A DNA stretch of 64,000 nt from Candidatus Poribacteria bacterium. Lineage in GTDB: Bacteria; Poribacteria; WGA-4E; WGA-3G. Below the pieces are notes generated by a model that saw only the letters and a program-made list of their open reading frames with translations, was not told where the DNA came from and made no database searches. The stretch spans positions 1,376,001 through 1,440,000 of the forward strand of contig CAXXUA010000005.1 of NCBI GenBank assembly GCA_963663765.2. The letters run 5' to 3'. Below, piece by piece: positions 20,665 through 31,471 of this stretch; the stretch's first letter is position 1; each line of letters starts with the position of its first letter. A program made the translations under genes and the position numbers.

Positions 20665-23423
20665 ACTGCCAACAACCGTACCATAGCACTATCGGTATGT
20701 TGTGATTGTTCTGCATCTGCCATCTTTTCATTGAATACACGTGTCGGCACAGTGTTCACTGGCGGATGGGTTGCGGGATTAGCCGTTGTAACATCGTTTT
20801 TCGTCTGTGTAAGACGTGTCAACGTTTCAGGTACTACGGCTTCAGTGTGTCTGCGGAGTTGCGCGCGAAGTTCCGACAAGTACCCACCCATAATGCTAAA
20901 CCGTCGAAGAATCATCTCCAATACAAACAGGAGTATAGCAGCGATTAACAACCCACCTGCAAGTGAAACACTCTTTTCAATGGGAACACCCGCAGGAGCA
21001 ACTATCTGAGCTGTTGTCGGCGCATAAACACCGTCTGTTCTCTCAGAAAGTTGTTTTAGCAAACCACGGTTAACATCAAAATTGGCATATTCGGCAGGAT
21101 AGGAAAGCGACAGTGTTTCCGTGCGTTTTCCCGCATCACCCTCACGTTTCGCTGTGACAATATAGGAACCGTTATCGTTCATAAGAAATGTTCCCAAATA
21201 ACGTGTAACACTCTCCTGCTGCATATTGACAGATTGGCTTGTGCCATTCGGTGCTGCAACCTGCACTGTAAACTCTGCAGAGGACGACAGTTGCGTGTCT
21301 ATTATGACTTCTGCTTTCCCATTTTGAGGTGATACAATTAGGTCAAAATCTACATCTGCTCCTTCTGCTGGTAAAGTCCAATTGATAACTTGTCCCCAAA
21401 ACCTGCTAAAGTTATCCCATGAAATCCAGTCTTTACTCCAAGCAGGTTTGACATCCGATGTCCACGCAATAGATTTCCCCAATCCGTAGTGCCAACCCGT
21501 GAGAATAGGTTCGTCCTTATGAGAATTGATGAAAACCTGTGCAGCGGTTTTTTCTGCTGTTGCTACGTATCCGTAAAGTATCGGTAATGTGTTGATACCT
21601 TCTAAAATCGGTGTTTCTTGGTTGACAATGTTCGGTTGGAAGGTTTCTTGCACAATGTAGTTTTGCGTTTCCTTGACAGCATCCATCAATACTTTGGGCA
21701 AATCTTGGATATTTTGCACGTGTTTGAACCTTCCATTTCCCGCTTTCGCAACTGCCTCCAAGACATTTTTTGCAGCATCCCCGATAGCAATTGTTGTGAT
21801 ACCAATACGTGCATCTGTAATCGCTTCCGCATTCTCAATCAGATCAGATAGGTTTCCTTCAGATTTTCCATCCGACAAAAGGATAATGTGTTTCCGTTTC
21901 GCATCAGCTGCTATCAGCATTTCCCCTGCTTTCTGGATTCCGTGCCCCATTGCAGTCGTGCCACCTGCCGGTACGAGTTTCCCAACTGTTCGAATCAGCG
22001 TGTTGTGGTCTGTTGTGAGGGGTGACACTTCACGCAGGTTCACGTCAAAACCGATTACTGCCGCTTGATCTTCTTCCTCCAGATTTCTAATGCCTGCGCG
22101 TATCGCCTGCACAGCAAGTTCAATCTTTTGCTGTGCACCAACAAAGTTTGCCATGCTTCCCGATGTGTCAATGACAAAGACAAGTGCAACAGTCTCCTTC
22201 CGTTCACGCGGTGTCATCTCTACCGGAAGCATATCTTCTAAAGCGGTATCTGTGTAACCTCCTGGACCAAAAGCGTGCTCACCCCCAATTGCTACTAACC
22301 CGTGTCCAAGATCACGCACATAGTTCTCAATAATGTCCATCTGTCTTAATGAAAGTGAATCTGCTGCAACATTACTCAAAATCAGCACATCATTTTGTTG
22401 AAGTGTTACCAGTTCTGTAGGTATTTCTTCCGGGAGAATTACATTTACCATAAACCCGTTACCTTCAAGAACCGATTTCAGATTATCAGCATAGTCAAGA
22501 TCGCTTTCCACATACAAGATATGCGATTTGTCCTGAACCTGCACAACACCAAAAACCTGATTGTTTTCAAGTAGTTCGTCAATTACATTCAACTTCAGTT
22601 GAAATGAATGCGGACGAACATCTGAAACCTGTTGTGTCGGTAGTGTCAATACATTTTTACCTTTTTCCAGAGCGAATTCCAGTTCGGAGATTGGAACACC
22701 GTTGTGATAGAATGTGGCGGAAACAGTTGGGATGCTGCCATCCGTTTCAACGATAGCCTGTATTGGAAAACGTTGTCCTTTTCTAACATGATCTGGTAGC
22801 TTCAGTTCCTGCAACCGAATTTCATCTTTCACTGTGTCTAAAGGCACTGTCATAATTTCCACATCGCTCGCAGAAAACAGCGGGAGAAAGTCTGTAATAG
22901 CACTATTGCCGATGTTGTGAATTCCATCTGTGAAAAGCACAATACGTCTATGGTAATTATCAGGCATCAGTTCTACAGAACGCTTAAGACCTACGACAAT
23001 ATCTGTTGCATCCCGTTCAGTTGCTGTCTCCTCAATCACCGATGTTAGCGGTGGATGTTCATGTGCCGGTCCCATCTCAAGTAAGACTGATGGTTGCCCC
23101 GCGAAACTGATAACACCAAATTGGTCAGTCGGTTTCAATTGGGCTATGGCTGCGTTAATCTGTTTCATCGCTTCATCTCGTTGTGAGGGGGCAATGCTCT
23201 CCGATACATCAAGCAGAAATGACACTGCAAGTCGTTGATTGCGTTCGGTGCGTTGCAGATTTGCTAAAGCAAGAATCACACACAAGAGCGCAGCACATCG
23301 TAGAAACAAAGTAGTGCGTTTACGCCACTTTGAAGCAATAACTTTAGTGCGTATCTGTATTAGGACTAAAAAAGGTATGGCAGCAAATAGAAATAAAAAA
23401 AGGGGGGATTGGAAATCAAACAT
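20640..23423 (-). CDS. Membrane-anchored double-VWA protein with class I glutamine-amidotransferase-like domain
   Basis: BatA-like N-terminal TM; DVSES and DTSGSM MIDAS motifs; GHGLVAIGG..AFGPGGY; C-terminal TM. Confidence 0.85.
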   Translation of the reverse strand: MFDFQSPLFLFLFAAIPFLVLIQIRTKVIASKWRKRTTLFLRCAALLCVILALANLQRTERNQRLAVSFLLDVSESIAPSQRDEAMKQINAAIAQLKPTDQFGVISFAGQPSVLLEMGPAHEHPPLTSVIEETATERDATDIVVGLKRSVELMPDNYHRRIVLFTDGIHNIGNSAITDFLPLFSASDVEIMTVPLDTVKDEIRLQELKLPDHVRKGQRFPIQAIVETDGSIPTVSATFYHNGVPISELEFALEKGKNVLTLPTQQVSDVRPHSFQLKLNVIDELLENNQVFGVVQVQDKSHILYVESDLDYADNLKSVLEGNGFMVNVILPEEIPTELVTLQQNDVLILSNVAADSLSLRQMDIIENYVRDLGHGLVAIGGEHAFGPGGYTDTALEDMLPVEMTPRERKETVALVFVIDTSGSMANFVGAQQKIELAVQAIRAGIRNLEEEDQAAVIGFDVNLREVSPLTTDHNTLIRTVGKLVPAGGTTAMGHGIQKAGEMLIAADAKRKHIILLSDGKSEGNLSDLIENAEAITDARIGITTIAIGDAAKNVLEAVAKAGNGRFKHVQNIQDLPKVLMDAVKETQNYIVQETFQPNIVNQETPILEGINTLPILYGYVATAEKTAAQVFINSHKDEPILTGWHYGLGKSIAWTSDVKPAWSKDWISWDNFSRFWGQVINWTLPAEGADVDFDLIVSPQNGKAEVIIDTQLSSSAEFTVQVAAPNGTSQSVNMQQESVTRYLGTFLMNDNGSYIVTAKREGDAGKRTETLSLSYPAEYANFDVNRGLLKQLSERTDGVYAPTTAQIVAPAGVPIEKSVSLAGGLLIAAILLFVLEMILRRFSIMGGYLSELRAQLRRHTEAVVPETLTRLTQTKNDVTTANPATHPPVNTVPTRVFNEKMADAEQSQHTDSAMVRLLAVKRKRRAM

Positions 23424-23562
23424 CAGTTCGACCCTCTGATTCTCTTATATTTTGTAGTAGTGACCTCACAGTCGCACCATAGGCATCAATTTAAGGATTT
23501 TGACCTCTTGTGGGAGGGGTTTTCAACCCCGATTATAGTAACAATACCTTCGCCAATAATAG

Positions 23563-23709
23563 ACATTCTTCCAGATTGTGCGTGTAGTTGTAGCACATTC
23601 TTCCAGATTGTGCGTGTAGTTGTAGCACATTCTTCCAGATTGTGCGTGTAGTTGTAGCACATTCTTCCAGATTGTGCGTGTAGTTGTAGCACATTCTTCC
23701 AGATTGTGC
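23563..23709. repeat. 32-bp perfect tandem repeat GTAGCACATTCTTCCAGATTGTGCGTGTAGTT (~4.5 copies)
   Basis: Direct reading; GTAG + GCACA/TGTGC hairpin. Confidence 0.9.
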
Positions 23710-23915
23710 ATATAAATTATTCTGTCAGATTCTATCGTCAAATTAGACGCTATGATAAATAAAAATACTTCAACGAAAACCTGAAGTTATTTTTATTTAT
23801 GTAATCCTAACAATCTCACAGAGCAATGGTAGATCAACACATTATACTCATTCAACTGAAGCACTCAAAAATGGCGAAGGTATTGTAGTAAAACATATAA
23901 TTATTTTGACATTTT

Positions 23916-24620
23916 GTAGCACAAACTTTTAGTTTGTGCAGATGCGGACACAAACTAAAAGTTTGTGCTACTACACCTTTGGTAGGTTCGATTTCTAACC
24001 AATGCAGAATACCACACGGGGAATGCTATATAGCATTCATACCCGGTGAATGCCTAAATGGCATTCATACCGTTGATTTCTTGATTTCTTGATTACTTGA
24101 TTTGGCGTATTCTGCCGAACATATTGTCCTATTATTTCTAAAGTCTACTATATATAACTCAAGTTGCTACCTATAAGGTTTAGACGAATAAACACCTTTT
24201 TTATAGAGTATAAAACACTTTTCGGTAGTATTTGTAGCACAAACTTTTAGTTTGTGCATCTTTATGACGCAAACTAAAAGTTTGCGCTACAAAATATAGG
24301 CTATTTATCAACACTTTTTTGATAATAGATGGTGTTTCTAGGTCTAATTATTGTAGGTAGCAACTTGGGTTATATATAGGATTCAATATGCTAATTCGGG
24401 GTTGAAAACCCCTCCCACAAGAGAAACGCCAACACTTTTTTCTTAAGGACTTACGCAGTTTTCATGTTCCAATCAAGAATTAAGACGAAAACGATGTAAT
24501 TTTCAGCATTTTTTAGGTTTCCAGCGCCAAATCAACGGTATGAATGCCTTTTGGCATTCCCCGCCTACAAAGCACGCCTACCGTTGGGTGCGTAAGTCCT
24601 GTTCTTAAATTTACGCTCAT
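23916..24620. repeat. Repeat cluster: GTAGCACAAACTTTTAGTTTGTGC doublets, TIR element 24154-24373, 36-bp micro-elements, MITE D
   Basis: Inverted doublets at 23916-23971 and 24234-24290; TAACTCAAGTTGCTACC/GGTAGCAACTTGGGTTA ends. Confidence 0.75.
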
Positions 24621-24641
24621 GGAGTGACCTCCCGATTGTAC

Positions 24642-25685
24642 CTACAAGAATACCGCTGCTTCTGTCGACTGCACGATATGCATTCCCGCTTCCGCAAATT
24701 CGGCAAAAGCTGCATCTGCTGAGTCAGTATAATCCACAACATCTGGTACCACAACCGGTGAGGTAAGGTCTTCCATCAGATAGATTTTCTCGGTAAGCGT
24801 GGATTCTGTCTGCTGTATTTCAGTGAGTAGATCACTCACTGTCCATGCAACACAGTGGCTTTTTGCTTGACCTGCAATAATAACGCGGTCATACGATAGA
24901 AGCATCCGAAAAAACGCTGTATTCTTCTGTGCAATGGGTCTTCCTTCAACATCGGTAAGCACTTCTGGTCGCAGCACAGAGTAGTTTTCAGTCAGTGGAT
25001 TGCGTCCCTTCAGTTCATAATGTGTCTGGCTGTTGCGTGCAATTGCATGAAAAAAACACGTTTCATCAACAGCGGAGACAACGGCATGCCCAATCCCACC
25101 CAACATGGCATGGTAGGGCCATATCGTCAGTGGATATTTTCCATCCTCAGTGAGGGTTTTGACATAATGCTCGCCATATTTCTTGAACCAACTGTAGTCT
25201 CTGTTGTTTCTACCTACACCTGCAACAACTGCTGGATTGACACGCCATTTCTCAGCTTCAATATCATCTTGTGTAATTAGTGTCTGTAGTGGAATGGGAT
25301 GTTCTCCAGCATCGTTGATCCAGAATATCTCGTGGAATATCTGCATCGCTGTATGCGTATCCAACGTGCATGCAATTTTCGTAATATGGGGTAGATTGCG
25401 ATATATGAACTCACACAAACGCACATTGTCCTCTACGGCACCCTTTCCCGATCTCCCACCAACAAAAAGCTCAAAATCTGGAATACAGAATGTGTTCTGG
25501 ACATCAATAAGCAGTAAGCAAGTACGCATAGTATCCTCAGATGCAGGCGGAATATCGTGTTGTTTTGCCCAAACCAGCGCCTCATGCATCCGCTCTTGAT
25601 ACGGAATTCGCCAAACTTGTTCAACTTGATCCGCATCAAAATGTGATGGAATCGGTCTTTGCGAAATTAACGAAGGATTGTTCAT
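24642..25685 (-). CDS. Isochorismatase/nicotinamidase-like cysteine hydrolase
   Basis: LLLIDVQNTF, LDTH, WPYH, AGQAKSHCV motifs. Confidence 0.88.
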   Translation of the reverse strand: MNNPSLISQRPIPSHFDADQVEQVWRIPYQERMHEALVWAKQHDIPPASEDTMRTCLLLIDVQNTFCIPDFELFVGGRSGKGAVEDNVRLCEFIYRNLPHITKIACTLDTHTAMQIFHEIFWINDAGEHPIPLQTLITQDDIEAEKWRVNPAVVAGVGRNNRDYSWFKKYGEHYVKTLTEDGKYPLTIWPYHAMLGGIGHAVVSAVDETCFFHAIARNSQTHYELKGRNPLTENYSVLRPEVLTDVEGRPIAQKNTAFFRMLLSYDRVIIAGQAKSHCVAWTVSDLLTEIQQTESTLTEKIYLMEDLTSPVVVPDVVDYTDSADAAFAEFAEAGMHIVQSTEAAVFL

Positions 25686-25976
25686 TTTGTTCTATCCTTT
25701 TCCGTTCTAATACGTCTAACTGTACATAACAACCGAAATTGTGATTTTTTGCTATCTTTTTTAATACAAATTAGTCTAAAATATGTAACAAGTATAGAAA
25801 AGGCATACTCGGATCAATCACTACAGAACTATTGGTATTTTATAGCACACAACTATTTTATACAAGGAAAAATGGGTGAAACCCCACAAAGTTATAATGA
25901 CTGTATAGTGTAAATCTAATCTTTTTCAAGATTTTTGAATACTTTTACAGAATCTGTCGTAACTAATTTGTTAGGA

Positions 25977-26648
25977 ATGCGTAAAGAGGTATATAGAAAT
26001 ATTATGAGAAGATCAAAAGAACGACGTCCAGAAATGGAAGAAAAAATTAACGCGGCAGAAAGGCGAATGCGTGACGCACGCGGTCGTTTGCGTTGGCGGG
26101 TTAATGAAGCACTCATACCCCTGCAAATACAGAAAGATCACACTATTTCTGCTCTGAAAGGGGAAGTGTTGATAATCTCCTACAATGACTCGGTACAAGA
26201 AAAGTTGAGGAATGTTTTAGAGTCTGAAAGTTATCGCTTTGACATTGCTGAACGGACGACAAAAGCCGTTGGCATGTTAAAAATGGCAAAATACAAATTG
26301 ATAATTGTGGACTACACGCGCTACCGCCGGTCGCGAATCTTTGAGTACGTCGCGAGGTATCATCCTCACATAAAAATCGTCTCAATCGTCTCTGATGACC
26401 GCACAGGACGTTGGTTCATGTCGCGAGGATGTTATAGTTATCTCATCGGACGACATTTTGATGAGGAACAACTGCGAATATGTTTGGTGAGTTCACTACG
26501 AATGGGACATAGAGTCTGCACGTTGTTGAAAGATGGAGAGAAATGCAATCGTTCTTGTGTCAATAACTATCAAACAGAAGACGATTTTCTTGAAGATGCG
26601 GATTATGATTTAACGGAACTTGAAGAAGACTTAGGTGTAAGTTATTAA
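25977..26648 (+). CDS. Protein with degenerate receiver (REC)-like domain and Cys-rich/acidic C-terminus; start uncertain
   Basis: VLII...LRNVLE..Y, YKLIIVD, PHIKIV, GCYSYL...FDEEQL pattern of REC fold. Confidence 0.6.
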   Translation: MRKEVYRNIMRRSKERRPEMEEKINAAERRMRDARGRLRWRVNEALIPLQIQKDHTISALKGEVLIISYNDSVQEKLRNVLESESYRFDIAERTTKAVGMLKMAKYKLIIVDYTRYRRSRIFEYVARYHPHIKIVSIVSDDRTGRWFMSRGCYSYLIGRHFDEEQLRICLVSSLRMGHRVCTLLKDGEKCNRSCVNNYQTEDDFLEDADYDLTELEEDLGVSY

Positions 26649-26665
26649 CAGAAACCACCAAGGCA

Positions 26666-27175
26666 ATGGCAAAGAACTTAGAATATAAAGTGCGGCATGA
26701 GTCGCTTGATGCACTAACACCGAAGTTAGCAGAACTAAAAGCAACACACTGTGAAACAGTACATCAAGTAGATACCTATTTCCAGAATCCGAAAGGTAGG
26801 TTAAAACTACGCGAGATCAATGAATCGGATGAAGCATGGCTTATCTACTATGAACGTCCAAACAACTTGAAATCTCGCTACAGTATATACCAACTTTGTA
26901 AAACAAAACAACCAGCAGCATTAAAAGAACTATTGTCTGCTGCATTAGGTGTAAAGACAATCATAAAAAAACAACGTTCACTTTGGATGTATAAAAATAC
27001 CAGAATACACCTTGATATCGTCTCTGATTTAGGTGAATTCGTTGAATTAGAAACAGTCTTTCAGGGACAAACTGAAACGGAAGCCATTGAAGAACACCAA
27101 TACGTGAAAACGACACTTGACCTAAACTTAGCAGAGCCGATTGCCGTTTCATACAGTGAATTAACAAAAAAATAA
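26666..27175 (+). CDS. CYTH-domain protein (class IV adenylate cyclase CyaB-like)
   Basis: NLEYK ExK motif, QVDTYF, RLKLRE, IHLD..LGEFVELE, SY motifs. Confidence 0.88.
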   Translation: MAKNLEYKVRHESLDALTPKLAELKATHCETVHQVDTYFQNPKGRLKLREINESDEAWLIYYERPNNLKSRYSIYQLCKTKQPAALKELLSAALGVKTIIKKQRSLWMYKNTRIHLDIVSDLGEFVELETVFQGQTETEAIEEHQYVKTTLDLNLAEPIAVSYSELTKK

Positions 27176-27218
27176 AATATTAACAGAACAAACACTCAAC
27201 TTAAATTGGAGACAAAAA

Positions 27219-27455
27219 ATGGATTTATCTGAATATCGTAACATCATAGATTCCGATAATAAGTTGGATAACGAAAAAAGAAAAGAACTGCTTAGGATTT
27301 ATCTAAAAAACCCATCACTACCGCAGTTACAAGCGGTCCGCGCATTATTAATTGAGCTAAAAAAGAAACTAAATCAATGTAGTGCTTCTAAGAAACGGTG
27401 TCTAAAAGGGATTCGACACATGCTCTGTAAAAAACGTTCCGCGCAGAAAGGTTGA
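27219..27455 (+). CDS. Small basic hypothetical protein
   Basis: SD GGAG, ATG, co-directional with CYTH gene. Confidence 0.55.
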   Translation: MDLSEYRNIIDSDNKLDNEKRKELLRIYLKNPSLPQLQAVRALLIELKKKLNQCSASKKRCLKGIRHMLCKKRSAQKG

Positions 27456-27458
27456 CGT

Positions 27459-28238
27459 TCATTTGTCTAAACCTAAAAACGAGTAGGGTTCTATACCGAC
27501 ATCGTTATTATTCCAGTCAATTATCTCAACACCTTCTGGCAAATCACCTGCCAAAAACTGTTCTTGTGTGGGTTTAGGTATGCCTCCTGTTGACCCCCAC
27601 GATGAAATATATCGTATTGGTTTTCTGTCTTCGTCTTTATGAACTCTACCGTTTAGATTCCTGAGTTTAGCATAACTAACATATACTCGGTTGTGATATG
27701 TTACATAAACCTTTCCATCTTTAAAGATACCTCCCACCCATTCTGTGTCACCTTGTTCCCATAACTTGAAAAGCACGCGACTTATTAATTCTCCTTCTTT
27801 TGTGAGAGGTTCTGTATCAAACAATTCAACCGTTTGCCAAGACGTAGGACCTTTTTGCATGATGTATTCCTTTGGCACATAAGGAAAAGGTCCTAAACCG
27901 TGGAAAGAGGATGTAATGTCAGTAGGATCAAGTGATATATTAGGTATATCCTTTCTTGATTCATCTACAATTTCATCAGTAATTTCCGATGTAATTGGGT
28001 CAGTAGTTTCAATTGGCACTTGATCCGTTGGCACTTGGTCTGTCTGTTGACTTTCTGCTTTTGCTTTATCGGCTGCTTCTTGTTGAATGCGTTTCGCTTC
28101 ATCTTCAACTTTTGCGCGTTTCTGCTGGTTTTTCGTGTCTATTTCGTGTTGTAACAAAAAGACATTTGCTGCAATAAGTAGTATCAAAAAGACAATACCT
28201 CCAAATATCCATCTGTTTCTAAAAAAATCGTAAAACAC
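27459..28238 (-). CDS. Hypothetical single-pass membrane protein with coiled/low-complexity stalk
   Basis: N-terminal TM helix; start assigned to GTG after AGGTG. Confidence 0.7.
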   Translation of the reverse strand: MFYDFFRNRWIFGGIVFLILLIAANVFLLQHEIDTKNQQKRAKVEDEAKRIQQEAADKAKAESQQTDQVPTDQVPIETTDPITSEITDEIVDESRKDIPNISLDPTDITSSFHGLGPFPYVPKEYIMQKGPTSWQTVELFDTEPLTKEGELISRVLFKLWEQGDTEWVGGIFKDGKVYVTYHNRVYVSYAKLRNLNGRVHKDEDRKPIRYISSWGSTGGIPKPTQEQFLAGDLPEGVEIIDWNNNDVGIEPYSFLGLDK

Positions 28239-28380
28239 TTCACACCTCATTTGTATAATACACTTGAAGAGTGGTGTATTATTGAAAATAGGATTCATAG
28301 ATGGGAAGACCATTCACACAGTTTATTCAATGCGTTCTAATGGATAAGACTCCCCACTTTTTTGTTATTATACCCCCCGT

Positions 28381-29968
28381 TGTTGGTAGGAGCGACCTCC
28401 TGGTCGCGACCGTCTACATTGGTAGGAGGGACCTCCTGGTCGCGACCGTCTACAATGGTAGGAGGGACCTCCTGGTCGCGACCGTCTACATTGGTAGGAG
28501 GGACCTCCTGGTCGCGACCGTCTACAATGTAGAGTGGGATGTTTTTGCAATAACTTTACACACCCGGGATAGTTTATACGTTTCAATGATTTTCTGTTTT
28601 CCGTTATTTGATTTCCCCTACATCTTGTTGGTAGGAGCGACCTCCTGGTCGCGACCGTCTACATTGGTAGGAGGGACCTCCTGGTCACGACCGTCTACAA
28701 TGGTAGGAGCGACCTCCTGGTCGGGACCGTCTACATTGGTAGGAGCGACCTCCTGGTCACGACCGTCTACAATGGAGAGAGGTATGTTTTTGCGATAACT
28801 TTACACCCCCGGGATAGTTTATACCTTTGAATGATTTTCTGTTTTCCGTTATTTGATTTCCCCTACATCTTATTGGTAGGAGCGACCTCCTGGTCATGAC
28901 CGTCTACATTGGTAGGAGCGACCTCCTGGTCGCGACCGTCTACATTGGTAGGAGGGACCTCCTGGTCGCGCCCGTCTACATTGGTAGGAGGGACCTCCTG
29001 GTCGCGACCGTCTACATTGGTAGGAGGGACCTCCTGGTCGCGACCGTCTACAATGTAGAGTGGTATGTTTTTGCAATAACTTTACACACCCGGGATAGTT
29101 TATACGTTTGAATGATTTTCTGTTTTCCGTTGTTTTATTTCCCTTACATCTTGTTGGTAGGAGCGACCTCCTGGTCGCGACCATCTACATTGGTAGGAGC
29201 GACCTCCTGGTCGCGACCGTCTACAATGTAGAGTGGTATGTTTTTGCAATAACTTTACACACCCGGGATAGTTTATACGTTTGAATGATTTTCTGTTTTC
29301 CGTTATTTGATTTCCCCTACATCTTGTTGGTAGGATCGACCTCCTGGTCGCGACCGTCTACATTGGTAGGATCGACCTCCTGGTCGCGACCGTCTACATT
29401 TGGTAGGAGCGACCTCCTGGTTGCGACCGTCTACATTTGGTAGGAGCGACCTCCTGGTCGCGACCGTCTACAATGTAGAGTGGTATGTTTTTGCAATAAC
29501 TTTACACACCCGGGATAGTTTATACGTTTGAATGATTTTCTGTTTTCCGTTATTTGATTTCCCCTACATCTTGTTGGTAGGATCGACCTCCTGGTCGCGA
29601 CCGTCTACATTGGTAGGATCGACCTCCTGGTCGCGACCGTCTACATTTGGTAGGAGCGACCTCCTGGTTGCGACCGTCTACATTTGGTAGGAGCGACCTC
29701 CTGGTCGCGACCGTCTACAATGTAGAGTGGTATGTTTTTGCAATAACTTTACACACCCGGGATAGTTTATACCTTTGAATGATTTTCTGTTTTCCGTTGT
29801 TTTATTTCCCCTACATCTTGTTGGTAGGAGCGACCTCCTGGTCGCGACCGTCTACATTGGTAGGAGCGACCTCCTTGTCGCGACCGTCTACATTGGTAGG
29901 AGCGACCTCCTGGTCGCGACCGTCTACAATGTAGAGTGGTATGTTTGTGCAATAACTTTACACACCCA
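28381..29968. repeat. Higher-order tandem repeat: 7 blocks of 2-5 x 36-bp GTAGGAGCGACCTCCTGGTCGCGACCGTCTACA units, each followed by a linker containing a MITE-A right end
   Basis: About 26 monomers; ~100-bp linker with TTGCAATAACTTTACACACCC, last one truncated. Confidence 0.92.
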
Positions 29969-30073
29969 TAAATTACCAAAAGATGAATTTCGTGCCAAAT
30001 TATGAATTAGAACAATTAAATTCACATTAAAAAATGGACGATGCATAAGTTCTATCAATTATAGGTATCTGTT

Positions 30074-31021
30074 TCATAGACGCGTCATAACAGCATGCAC
30101 TAAAAGCGGTATCATCAACTCATGATGTCCAGTAAATGTATAACCTTTTCCACCCATTTCAGTAGGACGTTTCACGACATTCTCCAGAGGACGATATTGT
30201 TGTATCATATCAAAATCTGCTGTAGTGAAATGTGATACCGTGTGTCCTAAATTCCGTGCAATTGTTATCGCTTTCAAAAACACTTCAGGTAATATCACTG
30301 CCGAACCGAAGTTGAGTACAACACCACCACCTTCCAATTGTGTTACAAGTTGTGTCAACAAGCGAAAATCGGTATAACTTGCTTCCCCAATTGATGCACC
30401 ACTTGCCGATGGATGTTGATGTATAATATCCGTACCGACAGCAACATGCACAGTAATCGGAGTTTTGCGTCGAATCCCTGTTGCAAGTAAACTGTATGCG
30501 TTGTGTGGCGCATCCATATCAATCAACATTTTCCCCAATGCCTCTCCCATTCCGATGCCGTTATCCGCTGCGTTTTGGATTGCTTTATTCATCAATTTAC
30601 CTGTCTCCTCCCACATCCCAAACTTACCTTCCTGCAGATATGCCGACACATCTTCAGAAGTTTCTCCGATGAGGGCAATCTCAAAGTCGTGAATGCTGCT
30701 TGCACCGTTAAAGGCAAAACCGGTGATGACACCCTGTTCCGCGAGTGCAATAAGTAGAGGCGTTAAACCGCATTTAATAACATGGCCTCCCATCATAACA
30801 ATTACAGCCTTTTTGTTGTGATAGGCAGTGACGATCTTGTCAACGATTTCTAAAAAGTCCTTCCCCTTCAAGATATTCGGTAGGCATTGCAAAAACGGAG
30901 AAATATCTGTTTGAATATCTGGCAGTGTGGCAAAATCGTTAACAGAAACCTTGTTTATTCTATCTTTCAGTGGGTAAGTCTTCACGGAATACATGTCAAT
31001 CGGTTTTAAATCCTTTTTCAT
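30074..31021 (-). CDS. Deoxyhypusine-synthase-like fold protein (uncharacterised family)
   Basis: MGGHVIKCG, IHDFEIA, GTDIIHQHP, GSAVILPEVFLKA, GHHELMIP; SD AAGGA. Confidence 0.75.
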   Translation of the reverse strand: MKKDLKPIDMYSVKTYPLKDRINKVSVNDFATLPDIQTDISPFLQCLPNILKGKDFLEIVDKIVTAYHNKKAVIVMMGGHVIKCGLTPLLIALAEQGVITGFAFNGASSIHDFEIALIGETSEDVSAYLQEGKFGMWEETGKLMNKAIQNAADNGIGMGEALGKMLIDMDAPHNAYSLLATGIRRKTPITVHVAVGTDIIHQHPSASGASIGEASYTDFRLLTQLVTQLEGGGVVLNFGSAVILPEVFLKAITIARNLGHTVSHFTTADFDMIQQYRPLENVVKRPTEMGGKGYTFTGHHELMIPLLVHAVMTRL

Positions 31022-31161
31022 GTTTATTTCCTTACGCATTCGGACAGCATCCCAGATGAAGTTTGAATTGTTTATCATTACTTTTGTATAGTTACTTCCC
31101 ATCAGAATTCACCAAAAGTATTTCCAGCCATGCACTTTTTTGAATTTATTTTAAAATATTG

Positions 31162-31190
31162 TTGCAAAAAAAAAAAAAGCGTAGTATACT
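31162..31190 (+). promoter_or_regulatory. Putative sigma70 promoter TTGCAA-N17-TATACT with A13 tract in the spacer
   Basis: Hexamers and exact 17-bp spacing read directly. Confidence 0.6.
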
Positions 31191-31224
31191 ATACTATTAA
31201 GGTGTTAGACATGCATGTTTTGGA

Positions 31225-31380
31225 TGTCCGATACCGGGCACGCAACCCCAATGGGGCGCGCCGAAAGTGCCGTTACACGATCAGCGCGTAGCACTGCCAT
31301 TGTATAGGAATGACAGGCTGGTTTTTATTATAACACATATACACATCGTTTGCTATATCAATATGAAAACCAGCGCGCCT
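31225..31380 (+). ncRNA. Candidate structured 5' leader RNA (unassigned)
   Basis: GC-rich island; GGCAC/GTGCC enclosing CCCC-AAT-GGGG; GCTGGTTTT/AAAACCAGC long stem. Confidence 0.3.
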
Positions 31381-31471
31381 AAAAGGACACAGATAACTCT
31401 CCTTTGGGAACTGTCAATATTATAACTACAGTGATCTGAAAAGGTCAGATCAAAAAAACAAAGGAGATCAA

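Noticed and set aside
23563-23709. Mini-CRISPR or small ORFs
   Set aside because: Perfect 32-bp tandem repeat without spacers
28381-29968. CRISPR array or repeat-protein genes (ORFs 28301-28798, 28896-29111 etc.)
   Set aside because: No unique spacers and linkers are near-identical; ORFs are translations of the 36-bp monomer on both strands
31225-31300. c-di-GMP-I riboswitch or hammerhead ribozyme
   Set aside because: Has GAAA and GC stems but lacks the GGCAAAC/GACGCAAAGC arrangement and the CUGANGA core; kept only as an unassigned candidate
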